60,895 bases of DNA, from positions 1 to 60,895 of IMG/VR virus record IMGVR_UViG_3300012936_000012. One strand, written 5' to 3'. The position numbers and the translations under genes are program-made. This document shows, one piece after another, positions 1 to 10,840 of the stretch. The stretch comes from a virus. Taxonomy: Duplodnaviria > Caudoviricetes. Every line of letters begins with the position of its first letter. The first letter of the stretch is position 1. The notes under the pieces are model-generated. The model was not told the DNA's origin and ran no database searches. It saw only the letters and a program-made list of their open reading frames with translations.

Positions 1-1
1 A

Positions 2-259
2 GTGGTTGGTACAGACAAAGAGGAGTTGGACAAGGCTATTGAATTAGCCAAACAACGAGAATCTTCAATTAGACAGTCTCTTGAGGATCAATTGAGAAAA
101 GAACTAGCAGTAAATGTACCGAAGCCTATCTCCCCAAGTGGAGAAAAAACTACGGTAGCTTCTGCAGATCGATATTCAATTTCTAAAAAGAGCGGTCAAG
201 ACTATTTGGCTATTCGCCAACAACTGATGGCGAAGGCTTTAGAATCAATACGCAGATAA
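2..259 (+). CDS. C-terminal fragment of probable capsid scaffolding protein
   Basis: Open frame running off the left edge; charged coiled-coil sequence; immediately upstream of the major capsid gene. Confidence 0.55.
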   Translation: MVGTDKEELDKAIELAKQRESSIRQSLEDQLRKELAVNVPKPISPSGEKTTVASADRYSISKKSGQDYLAIRQQLMAKALESIRR

Positions 260-303
260 GAGAATACTCTTAACTTTTAAACTTTCTTATAAGGAGAAAA
301 CCA

Positions 304-1290
304 ATGGCAGTATCAGGTGTAGACACCCTAGCAGGGGGTACAGGCAGTGACGTTGTTGCTTTACCACAAGCTTTATTAGACGTATTTAGTCTGGATATTC
401 TTCATAAAGCGCAAGCAGTAATGCGTTTTGAAGAATTTGCAGTACGTAAACAAGAACTAGAACGTGCTCCAGGTGAAAATATCAAATTCACTATTTATGA
501 TGACATCACTCGTGGTGGTCAATTGGATGAAAACGATATTTTGTCTGCAAAAACAATGAGTGCAAGTCAAAAAACTATCACAGTCACTGAATGGGGTAAT
601 GCTATTCAAGTAAGTGAAAAATTACTTCGTCTTTCATGGGATGACGTGATGGCAGAAGCAGCAACTCTTCTCGGTCGAGATTTTGCAGTAGTTCGTGATT
701 TAGCACTTCGTGATGCGGCGTTAGATACAACAAACGCAGTTTTTGCAGGAAATCGTGCAGATCAATTTGATCTTCTTGTTACTGATTATCTTGATATCGA
801 TTCAATTCGTGATGCAGTTGAATTGCTTCAAACTAACAATGCTCCTAAGTTCTTTGGAGATTACTATGTTTGTTTCTTACATCCTCACCAAGCGGCTCAA
901 TTAAAGCGAGATCCAGATTGGGTAAATGCCCATCAATATATTGGTACTCGAAACTTGTTTACAGGTGAAATTGGGCGTTTTGAAGATGTGATCTTTATTA
1001 TTTCTACTCATATGCCAAATGGCGCAGTAGCTTCAGGAAGTCCTGCTTATGATGCAACACTTATAAGCGGATACGTAAACCCAAACGATGCAGCAGATTC
1101 AAACGCAGCTCCGCTTTACAAGGCGGCACTGTTTGGTGATCAATGTCTCCACATTGCAGAATCTCTACCAGTAGAGCTTCGTGATAATGGTGTTGAAGAC
1201 TTCGGGCGTAAACATGGATTAGCTTGGTACTCAATCTTTGGTGTTAAGAATCTTCTACCTGAATACTCAGTAGTTATTACATCTGCTTAA
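304..1290 (+). CDS. Major capsid protein, N4-gp56 family (HK97 fold)
   Basis: Motifs GENIKF, ITVTEWGNAIQVSE, YVCFLHPHQAAQLKRD, LFTGEIGRFEDVIFI, DFGRKHGLAWY; AAGGAG RBS. Confidence 0.85.
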   Translation: MAVSGVDTLAGGTGSDVVALPQALLDVFSLDILHKAQAVMRFEEFAVRKQELERAPGENIKFTIYDDITRGGQLDENDILSAKTMSASQKTITVTEWGNAIQVSEKLLRLSWDDVMAEAATLLGRDFAVVRDLALRDAALDTTNAVFAGNRADQFDLLVTDYLDIDSIRDAVELLQTNNAPKFFGDYYVCFLHPHQAAQLKRDPDWVNAHQYIGTRNLFTGEIGRFEDVIFIISTHMPNGAVASGSPAYDATLISGYVNPNDAADSNAAPLYKAALFGDQCLHIAESLPVELRDNGVEDFGRKHGLAWYSIFGVKNLLPEYSVVITSA

Positions 1291-1304
1291 TATAGGAATT
1301 AATT

Positions 1305-1628
1305 ATGACTAAGACAACTAAGACAACTTCAAAGAAAGCACCTCGGAAAAAACCTGAGGTTGTAGAGATTGCCGAAGAAATTGTAGCCACAGTAGTTCAA
1401 CCTAAGGTGGAAGAAACCAAGAAGATTGCTCCCGAACCAAAGAAGAAGGAAGAAGTTGTGGAGGTTGCTTACGTTAAAGATAAAGTTCCTAAAAACATTC
1501 GTGTAAAAGCAATTCAAAACGCTAGAGGCGTATTTGGAAGAATCAATTACGAGATCAAGGCAGGAGAAGTTTACGAGCTTCCTGCGAATCTTGCAAATTG
1601 GCTTATGTCTTTGAATAGAGTGATTTAA
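1305..1628 (+). CDS. Hypothetical head-associated protein
   Basis: AGGA RBS; K/E/P-rich N-terminus plus small C-terminal domain; lies between capsid and adaptor. Confidence 0.5.
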   Translation: MTKTTKTTSKKAPRKKPEVVEIAEEIVATVVQPKVEETKKIAPEPKKKEEVVEVAYVKDKVPKNIRVKAIQNARGVFGRINYEIKAGEVYELPANLANWLMSLNRVI

Positions 1629-1638
1629 GGGGGTTGCA

Positions 1639-2424
1639 ATGGCCGACATTAACTCAGTTGTAAGAAGAGTGAGATCACGAGTCCATGACGTTGTGTCTCA
1701 AGACAATCGAGAGGACGGCAGGCCATTGTACTTGGATTCATACTACATTGATTCAATTGAGTCGGGTATGGGTCGGTTGAATTTAGACTTAGATTCAACA
1801 TATACAGTAGCATCTCTTCCAGTTAAGTATGAATACTTACTGGAACTAAGATCTACAGTTAACATGTGTTATGTTCGGGGAGGGGAAGGTGCATCGGGAG
1901 ATGTAGAGGACTTCCCCAACGTGCCAGATGCAATAGTGTCTGTTCCACAGTTGTCTGTACAAAGACAACAGATGCCATTAGAGGGGCCTAAATATTGGCT
2001 CAAGATGGCAGAGAAGCTAGACATGGAGTATCAGAACACTTTAGCTCGGTTGCAAGATCGAGGAGATGAGGGTCCTGAAATTCAACAATATGTAATGTCT
2101 AGGATGAGTCTAAGGACAGGCCGAAGGATGCCCTATGTTTATGATAAACCCATTACACCCCCTGACTTTTCAGTGGCAATTGTGGGTAATAGGGTTTCTT
2201 TGGGTTGGGGTATTGTTTATGATGAATATTTCAGACTGTATGAAGTTGAAAGAAGTACCAATAGTGACTTTTCAACAAAATCTGTCGTATTCACAACAAG
2301 TGATAATCAAGTTTCATCATTTAGTCAAAACCTTACTTCTGGTACATATCACTACAGATTAAAGATCACTAATTCTAATGATCTTTATTCTTACACTCAA
2401 TCTTCATCGGTAGTAGTACCATGA
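1639..2424 (+). CDS. Head-tail adaptor with C-terminal Ig/FN3-like domain
   Basis: Position after capsid; C-terminal VSLGW..F..YEVERS...SGTYHYRLK is FN3-like. Confidence 0.55.
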   Translation: MADINSVVRRVRSRVHDVVSQDNREDGRPLYLDSYYIDSIESGMGRLNLDLDSTYTVASLPVKYEYLLELRSTVNMCYVRGGEGASGDVEDFPNVPDAIVSVPQLSVQRQQMPLEGPKYWLKMAEKLDMEYQNTLARLQDRGDEGPEIQQYVMSRMSLRTGRRMPYVYDKPITPPDFSVAIVGNRVSLGWGIVYDEYFRLYEVERSTNSDFSTKSVVFTTSDNQVSSFSQNLTSGTYHYRLKITNSNDLYSYTQSSSVVVP

Positions 2425-2864
2425 AGAGTGTCTTAGATGTCGCAGAAAAGGGCGTAATAACAATTCATAAGACGTACGGTGAAATCGTGCGCCTTATGAA
2501 ATACATGCCTAGTGCAACGGGTGGCATCTACAAGCAAAGAAAAAGACTTTATGAAGCACCATATGAAATATTGGCTAAGGTCAATAGAGATCCAAACCCA
2601 GAACAAATAAGTAAAATTGGGGAATCCTCAGAGCGTAATGCTCATATAACATTACCTGTTCGTTTTTTAATTGATTTGTTTGGGAACTCCACACCTGTCA
2701 AAGAAACAATTACATCAAGTGATTTAATTGTATTTGACAATAGAGTATGGAGAATAACGACATGTGCATTTACTGGCAGAATCGGTGATCGACCTTTAAT
2801 AGTCGAACTTGAACTTAGAGAAAAACTAGGTGAAAAGGAGTCCGATTATTATGGCCGCAGTTAG
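2421..2864 (+). CDS. Head closure / neck protein
   Basis: Size, synteny and the SSDLIVFDNRVWRI motif typical of head-closure beta-barrels. Confidence 0.5.
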   Translation: MKSVLDVAEKGVITIHKTYGEIVRLMKYMPSATGGIYKQRKRLYEAPYEILAKVNRDPNPEQISKIGESSERNAHITLPVRFLIDLFGNSTPVKETITSSDLIVFDNRVWRITTCAFTGRIGDRPLIVELELREKLGEKESDYYGRS

Positions 2865-3459
2865 ATCATCTTTTCAGTATGAAGCTAGAGGACTTTTTTT
2901 TGGTGTTAAAATTAACCGTAGAGGTCCGAATTTTAAGAAAGCAATAAAAGGGGCCTTACCGTCAGGTAAAGAGTTCTTAGACGACATGTCTAAGCTTCTA
3001 AGGAACAGGATTGAATCAAGGCTTCCTCGTTTAAAACAAAACCTCAAAGATGGCTCTCCAGGGGCAATTGGTACAATTCAATTTGAATCGACTTCACACG
3101 GTAAACATAAACCGCACAAAGATATACCAAACCCGTTGAGTCTTATCATTGACCATGGAATGAAGTACAGGGTTCATGGTCGTTTAGGTCAAATAAAACT
3201 TGATGTGACGGTTTACAACTTAAGGAAACGCCAAATAAATTTTCATAAAAAAATGGGCAAAACCCCTAAGGTATCTACTGTTCTTAAACGATTTGATGAA
3301 ACTTGTCTTCCATACATAAAATCAGGTAATATGACAAAAATAGCAGACTATTGGACTGCAAACACTTTTCGTGCATTCAATCGTGATTTGAATCGGTATA
3401 TCAAAGACAAAAACCAAGCGTTCTTAGAATCGACAGATCAGTCCAAGGCAGGTGAGTAA
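2851..3459 (+). CDS. Basic neck/tail-completion region protein (hypothetical)
   Basis: ATG at 2851 after AGGAG; occupies the HK97 gp10-like slot. Confidence 0.4.
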   Translation: MAAVRSSFQYEARGLFFGVKINRRGPNFKKAIKGALPSGKEFLDDMSKLLRNRIESRLPRLKQNLKDGSPGAIGTIQFESTSHGKHKPHKDIPNPLSLIIDHGMKYRVHGRLGQIKLDVTVYNLRKRQINFHKKMGKTPKVSTVLKRFDETCLPYIKSGNMTKIADYWTANTFRAFNRDLNRYIKDKNQAFLESTDQSKAGE

Positions 3460-4175
3460 TGGCGGTTTCAATATATCAATTAGAAGACGCTTTAGCTAAA
3501 ACGTATGCGGGGAAGATTCTTAAAGATCGCAACGGCAGAGACAACTATGTTTCTGTTTTTTTAGATTACCCCGACATCGAAGAAGCTAATGAGCAAAGGT
3601 TTCCATCTATTTCACTAGTTTTAGTTAATATGATACCCGAAGTATCTATGTATGATAGTCAAGAGAAATATACTGTGAGCAAAAGAACAGACCTTGATGT
3701 ACCAGTGATTCAAGAAAGAAGAGTTCCAGAGTATTATAGATTAACATATGAGATTAATACTTATTCTCTTTCTGCATTTGAAGACAGAGAATTGATGCGA
3801 TGGGTTGAGTCTAGGTTTTCTCCAAGGGACAGTCTACTCGTTGGATCAGACTATTATCACTACTTTAGAGAATCATTTAGTGTAAATGATGATATTGATA
3901 TTGACACAGTAGTGTATAATAAGACCTGGACTATATCTGTTGTTGCAGATATTGAAGATACTGACAACGACCATTTAAATAAAGGTGTCAGAGAATTCAA
4001 GATATATTCTAATGTTGTTAAAACAAATTCTAAAATTATTCCTTCTGATGGTGAGAATGAAACAATATATAAACCCTACGCCCCAAAAGGTTCTGAGACT
4101 GCTTTGGGTGCAGAAAAAACAAGGCACAGAATCTTCTCATTTGATGATCAAAATTATTGGTTTCCTAAAAAGTGA
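3459..4175 (+). CDS. Tail terminator / completion protein (Pvc16/Afp16-like position)
   Basis: FPSISL and YRLTYEINTY motifs; directly upstream of the sheath gene. Confidence 0.55.
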   Translation: MAVSIYQLEDALAKTYAGKILKDRNGRDNYVSVFLDYPDIEEANEQRFPSISLVLVNMIPEVSMYDSQEKYTVSKRTDLDVPVIQERRVPEYYRLTYEINTYSLSAFEDRELMRWVESRFSPRDSLLVGSDYYHYFRESFSVNDDIDIDTVVYNKTWTISVVADIEDTDNDHLNKGVREFKIYSNVVKTNSKIIPSDGENETIYKPYAPKGSETALGAEKTRHRIFSFDDQNYWFPKK

Positions 4176-4183
4176 GGTAAACA

Positions 4184-6055
4184 ATGGCTTATACTAGACC
4201 TGGAGTGTTTATTGAAGAAATACTCACTCCTGAACAATCCGGAGCAGGCGTATCAACTAGCGTTGGTTCATTCTTGGGTATTACCCAACGTGGCCCTGTA
4301 GATAAAGCAATTTTGGTTTCAAGTCTGAACGACTTTGAACGAATTTTTGGAGGGCCAATTGATGGAGAACCTCTATATTATTCTGTGCGTTCATTTTTTG
4401 AAAATGGTGGAGCAAGTGCTTATATTGTTCGACTTTATGCAGACGCATCAAATCCTGTAGCAGCAAACACTGTTTTGGATAATGTTTTGTCTGCTGATTT
4501 ATTAAAATTCAAAGCAGGATACAGAGGGTTGGATTCATTTGGCGAGGCAGGCAAGGACTTGTCTGTTAGAATTAGATTGTCTAATAATTTTGTTTCTCAA
4601 TACAGTGCATCGAGTTCTATTGATGATGTCGTTGCAAATGCAAACTCTGGTGATACTTTACTAAAAGTAAAATCTATTCAAGGCATCCAAGAGGGAGCAA
4701 TTATTAAAATTATTGAAGACGTAAGCGGCACTCCAAGTGCAACTTATGCGGTTGTTTCAGAAACTAACTCCACAGTAGTTAGTGGAAATGTTGAACACTC
4801 CCTTGTTTTGGCATCCGGGTTAACAAATACGATCACTGCTTCAGACTCTAAAATTGAAGTTCTTGAGTATGACGTTGACGTTTTAGATTCAGATCTTCTT
4901 GTTTTAGAATCTTGGAATACAGTTTCAATGAATCCAAATGCAGATAACTACATTGAAACAATTATTAATGATTCAGAAATTGGGTCTGTTTATATTGTAG
5001 CAGAAGACCTGATTCCATCAGGGAATTTGAATAATGCTAAAGAAATTAGCAACACACACGTTATTGCAACCCATATTAATTTATCATCTGATGGCGCATC
5101 AGAGACAGTAGGTTTTTTATCTTCTGATGTTATTGGAACTGAAGCAAACGCACGAGGAATTTATGCACTTTCTGAGAAAGATAATGTAAATATTCTTTGT
5201 ATTCCTCCGGGCACTGTAATTACTTCTTCTCTTTTACCTGTAATTCAAATAGCAATGTTGAATTACTGTGGTGATCGAATGGATATGTTTGCAGTACTAG
5301 ATACTCCATCAAGTCTGAATGCTCAATCAAGTGGAGCAGGGTCTGTTGGGGAGTACCGTAAAAACACCTTAGGTGTTGATTCGTTCTGGGGAGCTTTATA
5401 TTATCCACATGTTGTTGTTAAATCTAAAGATGGCGCTTCAAATATCACTCTTCCTCCTAGTGGAGTTGTTGCAGGTCTTTACAGTCGTGTTGATTCCATT
5501 TCTCCTCCTGAAGGTAGTATCGCTTCTGCTCCTGCGGGCTTTGGTGATTTTGGTGTATTAAAAGGCCTTGTTCGACTTGAGTCAAACCCAACTGAAAAGC
5601 AGCATGGCGAATTGAACCCAATTGGAATTAATTGCTTACGTAGACTTAATAGAGCAGATGGTATCTTACCTGGGATAGTAGTTCTAGGAGCGCGTACTCT
5701 TAGTAGTAAACCTGATTTCACTTACATTAACGTACGTCGATTTATGACTTTTATTGAACAAAATATTAAATTCTTAGCGCGTCCATCATTGTTCAGAAAC
5801 AATGGACCTCAATTATGGCAAGAACTTACTGATAGTTTCGAAGGATTCTTACGTGGTTTATTCAGTAGAGGCCAACTTGCAGGTGAAACGCAAGAACAAG
5901 CATTTTATGTTAAGATTGATGCATCATTAAATACTCCAGATCAAATTCAACGTGGTCTTCTTGTTGGAGAAATCGGAGTTGCAACTTTAAAACCTGCAGA
6001 ATTTATGGTATTCAAATTTAGCCAAACTTCAGCAGGAACAACTATTGAGGAGTAA
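4184..6055 (+). CDS. Contractile tail sheath protein
   Basis: N-terminal YTRPGVFIEEI, LPPSGVVAG, LNPIGINCLR, GARTL, YINVRR, KPAEFMVFKFSQ. Confidence 0.95.
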   Translation: MAYTRPGVFIEEILTPEQSGAGVSTSVGSFLGITQRGPVDKAILVSSLNDFERIFGGPIDGEPLYYSVRSFFENGGASAYIVRLYADASNPVAANTVLDNVLSADLLKFKAGYRGLDSFGEAGKDLSVRIRLSNNFVSQYSASSSIDDVVANANSGDTLLKVKSIQGIQEGAIIKIIEDVSGTPSATYAVVSETNSTVVSGNVEHSLVLASGLTNTITASDSKIEVLEYDVDVLDSDLLVLESWNTVSMNPNADNYIETIINDSEIGSVYIVAEDLIPSGNLNNAKEISNTHVIATHINLSSDGASETVGFLSSDVIGTEANARGIYALSEKDNVNILCIPPGTVITSSLLPVIQIAMLNYCGDRMDMFAVLDTPSSLNAQSSGAGSVGEYRKNTLGVDSFWGALYYPHVVVKSKDGASNITLPPSGVVAGLYSRVDSISPPEGSIASAPAGFGDFGVLKGLVRLESNPTEKQHGELNPIGINCLRRLNRADGILPGIVVLGARTLSSKPDFTYINVRRFMTFIEQNIKFLARPSLFRNNGPQLWQELTDSFEGFLRGLFSRGQLAGETQEQAFYVKIDASLNTPDQIQRGLLVGEIGVATLKPAEFMVFKFSQTSAGTTIEE

Positions 6056-6061
6056 TAAGCA

Positions 6062-6559
6062 ATGGCTACATTAACCAGTGATATCCTTCGAGGATATAAG
6101 TTTTCTGTAAGTTTTGAACAGGGATTTTTCAAGAGAACAGCATTTCAAAAAGTGACGGGACTTAAAACTTCTGTTGAAGTTGTTGAATATCGAGAAGGTA
6201 ATATGGCTGATCGAATGGAGAAGTTCGCAGGCATGATGACGTATGATACAGTTACTTTTGAAAGAGGCATCTCTAATGATGATGACTTCAACCAATGGAT
6301 GAAGAAAGTGTGTGATGTTACTGGAGGAGGCACTATCCCAAATGGTGGAAGCCCAGAAACAGGCCTTGATAGCTACCGTAAAAACATTACAGTCACATTA
6401 CATAACAAACAAGGTGGTGTAGCTAAGAAGTACATACTTCTTGATGCATTTCCTAGCGAATATACCGTGGGTGATTTTGACGCTACGTCTAACGATGTTG
6501 TTATTAGTTCATTAAGTATACAACACCACGGGATCATAGAGACAAACGCAGCAGGCTAG
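6062..6559 (+). CDS. Tail tube protein (T4 gp19 / Afp1 family)
   Basis: YKFSV, FQKVTGL, VEYREG, VTFERG, RKNITVTL, DAFPSEY motifs. Confidence 0.9.
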   Translation: MATLTSDILRGYKFSVSFEQGFFKRTAFQKVTGLKTSVEVVEYREGNMADRMEKFAGMMTYDTVTFERGISNDDDFNQWMKKVCDVTGGGTIPNGGSPETGLDSYRKNITVTLHNKQGGVAKKYILLDAFPSEYTVGDFDATSNDVVISSLSIQHHGIIETNAAG

Positions 6560-6596
6560 GCAAAGATAGACTTTTCAACAAAATAAGGCAATAATA

Positions 6597-7418
6597 ATGA
6601 TTGATCATACAGATAAAGTTATTTTACCCATCGGTTTAGAGATAGATGGAGTTAGATATAAAGAAGTAGTTATTGACGAAATGACAGGCATTGATGAAGA
6701 GAACTTAACATCAAGAAAAATTCGCAATAATGGAGCTAAAGCTATTTCGGTTTTATTAAGACGTTGCATTCAAGAAATACCAGGCCTTCTTGAAAGAAAA
6801 AGAAACCCTATGGATTTAATTCCAGAGAAATATGTACACGAAATGTACGTTGCAGACAGAGATTTTTTAACTCTTTCAATTCGCGCTCTAAGTGATAAAT
6901 CTCAATTTTTATCTACATTAGAATGTCCTAGTTGTTCGCATGTGGAAGAACGCATGATTGATTTCAATGCAATGGACGTGTATGAATGGGATGAAAGTAA
7001 TGTAGAACTAGAAATTGAATTGCCTCGTGGTTTTTTTAATGTTGAAACAAGTGAATACTGTAATAAAGTCATTTGGGCATTTCCAAAAGGTAAAGCACAA
7101 GAAGGAATTGCGTCATTGCCAGAAGGTCAAATGGCAACATATATGATTGCGTCAGGCATCAAGAGTGTAGAGGGACTTAGATATCTTCCTTCTGATGACG
7201 ATGTGCGTCGTCTTGGAGTTCGTGATCGAAATGTTTTTGCAAAAGAAATTACAGATAATACAGTTGGTGTTGACACTAAACTAGAAATTATCTGTGAATC
7301 TTGTGGAAACGAGTTTGAGACGGAGGTTAATGTTATGGGTTTTTTCAATTCGGGAGAGGGGGAAAAGAAGAAGAAAAAAAGTGGGAAAAATGGGCGAAGG
7401 AAACGGAAAAGAGCCTAA
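6597..7418 (+). CDS. Tail assembly chaperone (G-like) with two CxxC zinc ribbons
   Basis: EMTGIDEE, DRDFL, CPSC, CESC; between tube and tape measure. Confidence 0.7.
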   Translation: MIDHTDKVILPIGLEIDGVRYKEVVIDEMTGIDEENLTSRKIRNNGAKAISVLLRRCIQEIPGLLERKRNPMDLIPEKYVHEMYVADRDFLTLSIRALSDKSQFLSTLECPSCSHVEERMIDFNAMDVYEWDESNVELEIELPRGFFNVETSEYCNKVIWAFPKGKAQEGIASLPEGQMATYMIASGIKSVEGLRYLPSDDDVRRLGVRDRNVFAKEITDNTVGVDTKLEIICESCGNEFETEVNVMGFFNSGEGEKKKKKSGKNGRRKRKRA

Positions 7419-7564
7419 TTACCACTATTGTAGCCCTTGCCGAGAGATGGGGGTGGTCAAGATATGATATACTATCTATACCTAGCCGACAAAGAGAGGT
7501 CTATTTAGAACTATTTGAAGATATAATAGACAGAGAAAAAGAGGCTACTAGAAATAGGAGATAG
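6597..7564 (+). CDS. Frameshifted tail assembly chaperone (GT-like); -1 shift at G GGT TTT (7337-7343)
   Basis: The -1 frame is open from 7337 to TAG 7562-7564 and reads ...IVALAERWGWSRYDILSIPSRQREVYLELFEDII..., which is GpE/DUF6760-like. Confidence 0.75.
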
Positions 7565-7567
7565 TAT

Positions 7568-10500
7568 ATGTCAACAGGCGCAATAGGTATTAAAATTGAT
7601 ATCCAAGGCCAACAAGCCCAAAAGACGTTAGATCGTTTGTCTGGGGCTTTTGAGAAGCTTGAAAGATCTTTAAATAAAACGCAAAAAAGTACAAAAAAGA
7701 CCACAGAGGGCATGAACACTCTTAGCGATCAAGGGATAGCAAATATCCAAGCAGGTCTTGTTCAATTAAGTACATATTTGTTGAACTTATCAGTTTCTGT
7801 TGATAACACTTTTGATAAGATGTTAACTCGATTTAGAAAAGTAGAAGATGCATCAAATCAATTAAAAACATCCTTAGGTTTGCCAGCAATGTCGGGGGAA
7901 GAGAAAAAACGTGGGTTGCAGGATTACGCAGAATCAGAGAAGTTAGTAAAAAAATTAGCAGCAACAACACAATTCACTGCAAATGAAGTGTACGATGCTT
8001 TAAGAAACTTAACTACAGCGGGATTTAAGCCAGATGAAGCAAGAAAGGCTTTAGCTCCTGTGCTTAAGTTTGTCACTGCCGCAGGAGGTCAAATTGGGTT
8101 AGCACAAGGAATAGAGATTGCGAGGCTTTCTGTGCAGACTATGGGAGAAGATATTAATGACCTTGAAACTAATTTAAATATTTTAGCTAAAGGGACAAGT
8201 CAGACGGCAATTGGTTTTAAAGACCTTGAGGCTTCAATGGGTGGGGTAGGTGCAGGTGCGTTAACTTTTAAGGGGGAAGACCCTGGGAAAAGATTGTCTA
8301 CTTTGTTTATGATAGCAGCAGGACAAAAGGCAATCGGTGCAGAAGCACGAGGGTCAGGAGATATGGTTAGGCAATTTTCTAACTCTATTGGTGGCCTAGT
8401 GGGACAGTTGATTGCATATGAAAGCAAATTAGAGGGAGGAGGAAAAGCTCGGTACTCTGCTAAAAGAGACATGTTATTTAAAATGTTGGGTGTAGACAAA
8501 AAATTAGATAAAAAATCTTTAGCTAAAAGACTACAAAAATCAGTTGGTAAGTTAAGTGCAGAAGAAATAGACTTTGAAAAAGTTCAACTTGCTAAAAAAA
8601 TGCTTGGAGACACTGATAAGGACGGCAAATATGTCAAAAAGACAGCATCGGATCTTATACAAATATTTGTTGATAGATTTAAGACTTTAGAGGAGGTTGG
8701 TGGTGGATTAGACGCAGAAGCTATATTTAAAACAGGTTTTGGAGTGGAGGCAGGCGCTAAGATAATTAAAGGTATTGTTCAACTTATGAACAACAAGGGT
8801 GTGAAAAAGATGGAGGAATTGAGCGGGAAAATACAGAAGCATAATGATATAATCACAAAAGCTCAAGACGAGTCTTTAAAGACATTATCTGCACGTATAA
8901 AGCTTGCAGAAAGTGCAGAAGATGCACTATCGAATACGATCTTTGCAGAAGACAGTATGTATAAAGGGTCCCTTGATACGTACACTGCAGTTATCACTGC
9001 TTTGAATGAGATTGTTTCTAGTAATAAAGGGCTGGCTTCAGGTATTTCTGCAACAGGAAGGGCTTTTCAAGCTTTTACTAAAGTAGGAACAAATATGGGC
9101 TTCATGTTAACTGCGGCGGCAACTTTCTCCATTGCTTTAAATCATGCTCAAAAAGCAACAGGGAAGACAATAACGACGCTTGGCGGGACACTTAGAGCAT
9201 TCCATGCTCAGTTCTTAGCTCCAACACTGAGAGTAGTATTTATGTTCACAGGTGGGATTGGGTTGCTAACCATTGCTTTCTTAGGTTTAATTAAGTATTT
9301 ATCTGATGCAAAAACCTTAGGTGGAGGGCTTGCTTCTATTTTTGATGGTTTAAAAACAAAAACACAAGCATTAGCAGGTATGTTTAGGCTTGCTTTTTCT
9401 ACTAAAATGGACGGTGGAATAACTTCAGAGATAAGTAGATATTTAGATCTACAAGAAAAAATGAAATCGTTAAGATTAACTAACGATTTGCAAACTAAAG
9501 TCAGTTTTGATGGAGAAAACTTAAATCTTTCAGAATTAGAGCTAAAAGAGCAAGAATTTAGGGATAAAATTGGACCCTCGGCTGATAATGCAATATCACT
9601 ATTAAACACAAAAACATTAAAAGGCTTAACAAATTTTGTTTCTCAAGTGAAAAAGACTTTTAATACAATATCAACAGTTATCTCTGCAGCAATGGTCCCT
9701 GTTTCATTAGTAATGGGCGCAGTTTTTGAATCCTTAGGTTATATGTTCTATGTAATAACATTCCCAATCAATGCAGTTATACGAATATTAAATTTCTTTG
9801 GTAGTGAAGTTGATGAGGTATCTGCTACTTTAGAAACACTAGGCACAGTCCTTGGTGTTGTGATGGCAGGATTTCTTTTATATAAGACAGTCTCGATGGC
9901 AGCGGCATTGGTTTCTACAGTATATAATGGGTTATTTGGGACAATAACAAGGGTTGCAGGGGCAACGGGTAGGACAAATCAAGTATTTAATAAACTCAGA
10001 ATGAGTAAAGCTAAAAACATGAGTATTGCAGACCAATTGAGAGTTCGGCTTACTATGTTAAATGCAACCGAAGAAAGACAAGCTCGCTTAGTTGAAAACC
10101 TCAAAAATAAGTATAATAACTTAAATGTTGCACAACAAGCAGTACACAATAGAACAAGTGGACTGAATACCAAGTTCAATAATATGATGAATAGTGGAGG
10201 GGCGGCAGTTCAAAATGGATTTGGAGCAATACAAGGTAAGATAGATGGAGTGTCTGGGAAATTAAATAAAATTGCAGGAGTGGCAGGTATAGCAAGTTTT
10301 AGCATGATGCTTTTGAACGATAAAGTTTTTGGAGGGAATGAAACCTTCTCAATGCTTAGTGATATACTTTTGTTCGTTGCAGGTATTTTACCTCTTCTTT
10401 CTGCAGGCTTCTTTTCAATGGCAGGTGCAGTTTTAGCCGCATTATGGCCAATATTAGCAGTTGTTGCTGCCATTGGAGCGGCATATGCTATATTTAAATT

Positions 10501-10840
10501 ATTTAGTAGTGATGATAAGAAGAAAAAGAAACCTTCATATTCTTCTGCAAGGTCTACAACAAGTGAAACAGTAAGTCCAAATACTGCTATGTCTCAAACT
10601 GTTTCACCGATATCTCCGGCAAGCCCAATGACTTCTAACGCATATGCAAGTCCTGTGACCTCTAGAGGGTCAGGTGTTGTCAACAACAACACAAAAACAA
10701 GTATAAATCGAGTTGAGATCAAATATGTTGCCAAAGGCCATCCTTTGGACAAAAAGGAATTCGATAAATTTGGCAAAAAGATCATCTCAACTTTAGAAAA
10801 CCCAAGATCAAATGACAATATGGGAGCAGTAGGAAGATGA
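7568..10840 (+). CDS. Tail tape measure protein
   Basis: 1090 aa helical; TQFTANEV...AGF TP901-type core; C-terminal hydrophobic segments. Confidence 0.9.
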   Translation: MSTGAIGIKIDIQGQQAQKTLDRLSGAFEKLERSLNKTQKSTKKTTEGMNTLSDQGIANIQAGLVQLSTYLLNLSVSVDNTFDKMLTRFRKVEDASNQLKTSLGLPAMSGEEKKRGLQDYAESEKLVKKLAATTQFTANEVYDALRNLTTAGFKPDEARKALAPVLKFVTAAGGQIGLAQGIEIARLSVQTMGEDINDLETNLNILAKGTSQTAIGFKDLEASMGGVGAGALTFKGEDPGKRLSTLFMIAAGQKAIGAEARGSGDMVRQFSNSIGGLVGQLIAYESKLEGGGKARYSAKRDMLFKMLGVDKKLDKKSLAKRLQKSVGKLSAEEIDFEKVQLAKKMLGDTDKDGKYVKKTASDLIQIFVDRFKTLEEVGGGLDAEAIFKTGFGVEAGAKIIKGIVQLMNNKGVKKMEELSGKIQKHNDIITKAQDESLKTLSARIKLAESAEDALSNTIFAEDSMYKGSLDTYTAVITALNEIVSSNKGLASGISATGRAFQAFTKVGTNMGFMLTAAATFSIALNHAQKATGKTITTLGGTLRAFHAQFLAPTLRVVFMFTGGIGLLTIAFLGLIKYLSDAKTLGGGLASIFDGLKTKTQALAGMFRLAFSTKMDGGITSEISRYLDLQEKMKSLRLTNDLQTKVSFDGENLNLSELELKEQEFRDKIGPSADNAISLLNTKTLKGLTNFVSQVKKTFNTISTVISAAMVPVSLVMGAVFESLGYMFYVITFPINAVIRILNFFGSEVDEVSATLETLGTVLGVVMAGFLLYKTVSMAAALVSTVYNGLFGTITRVAGATGRTNQVFNKLRMSKAKNMSIADQLRVRLTMLNATEERQARLVENLKNKYNNLNVAQQAVHNRTSGLNTKFNNMMNSGGAAVQNGFGAIQGKIDGVSGKLNKIAGVAGIASFSMMLLNDKVFGGNETFSMLSDILLFVAGILPLLSAGFFSMAGAVLAALWPILAVVAAIGAAYAIFKLFSSDDKKKKKPSYSSARSTTSETVSPNTAMSQTVSPISPASPMTSNAYASPVTSRGSGVVNNNTKTSINRVEIKYVAKGHPLDKKEFDKFGKKIISTLENPRSNDNMGAVGR

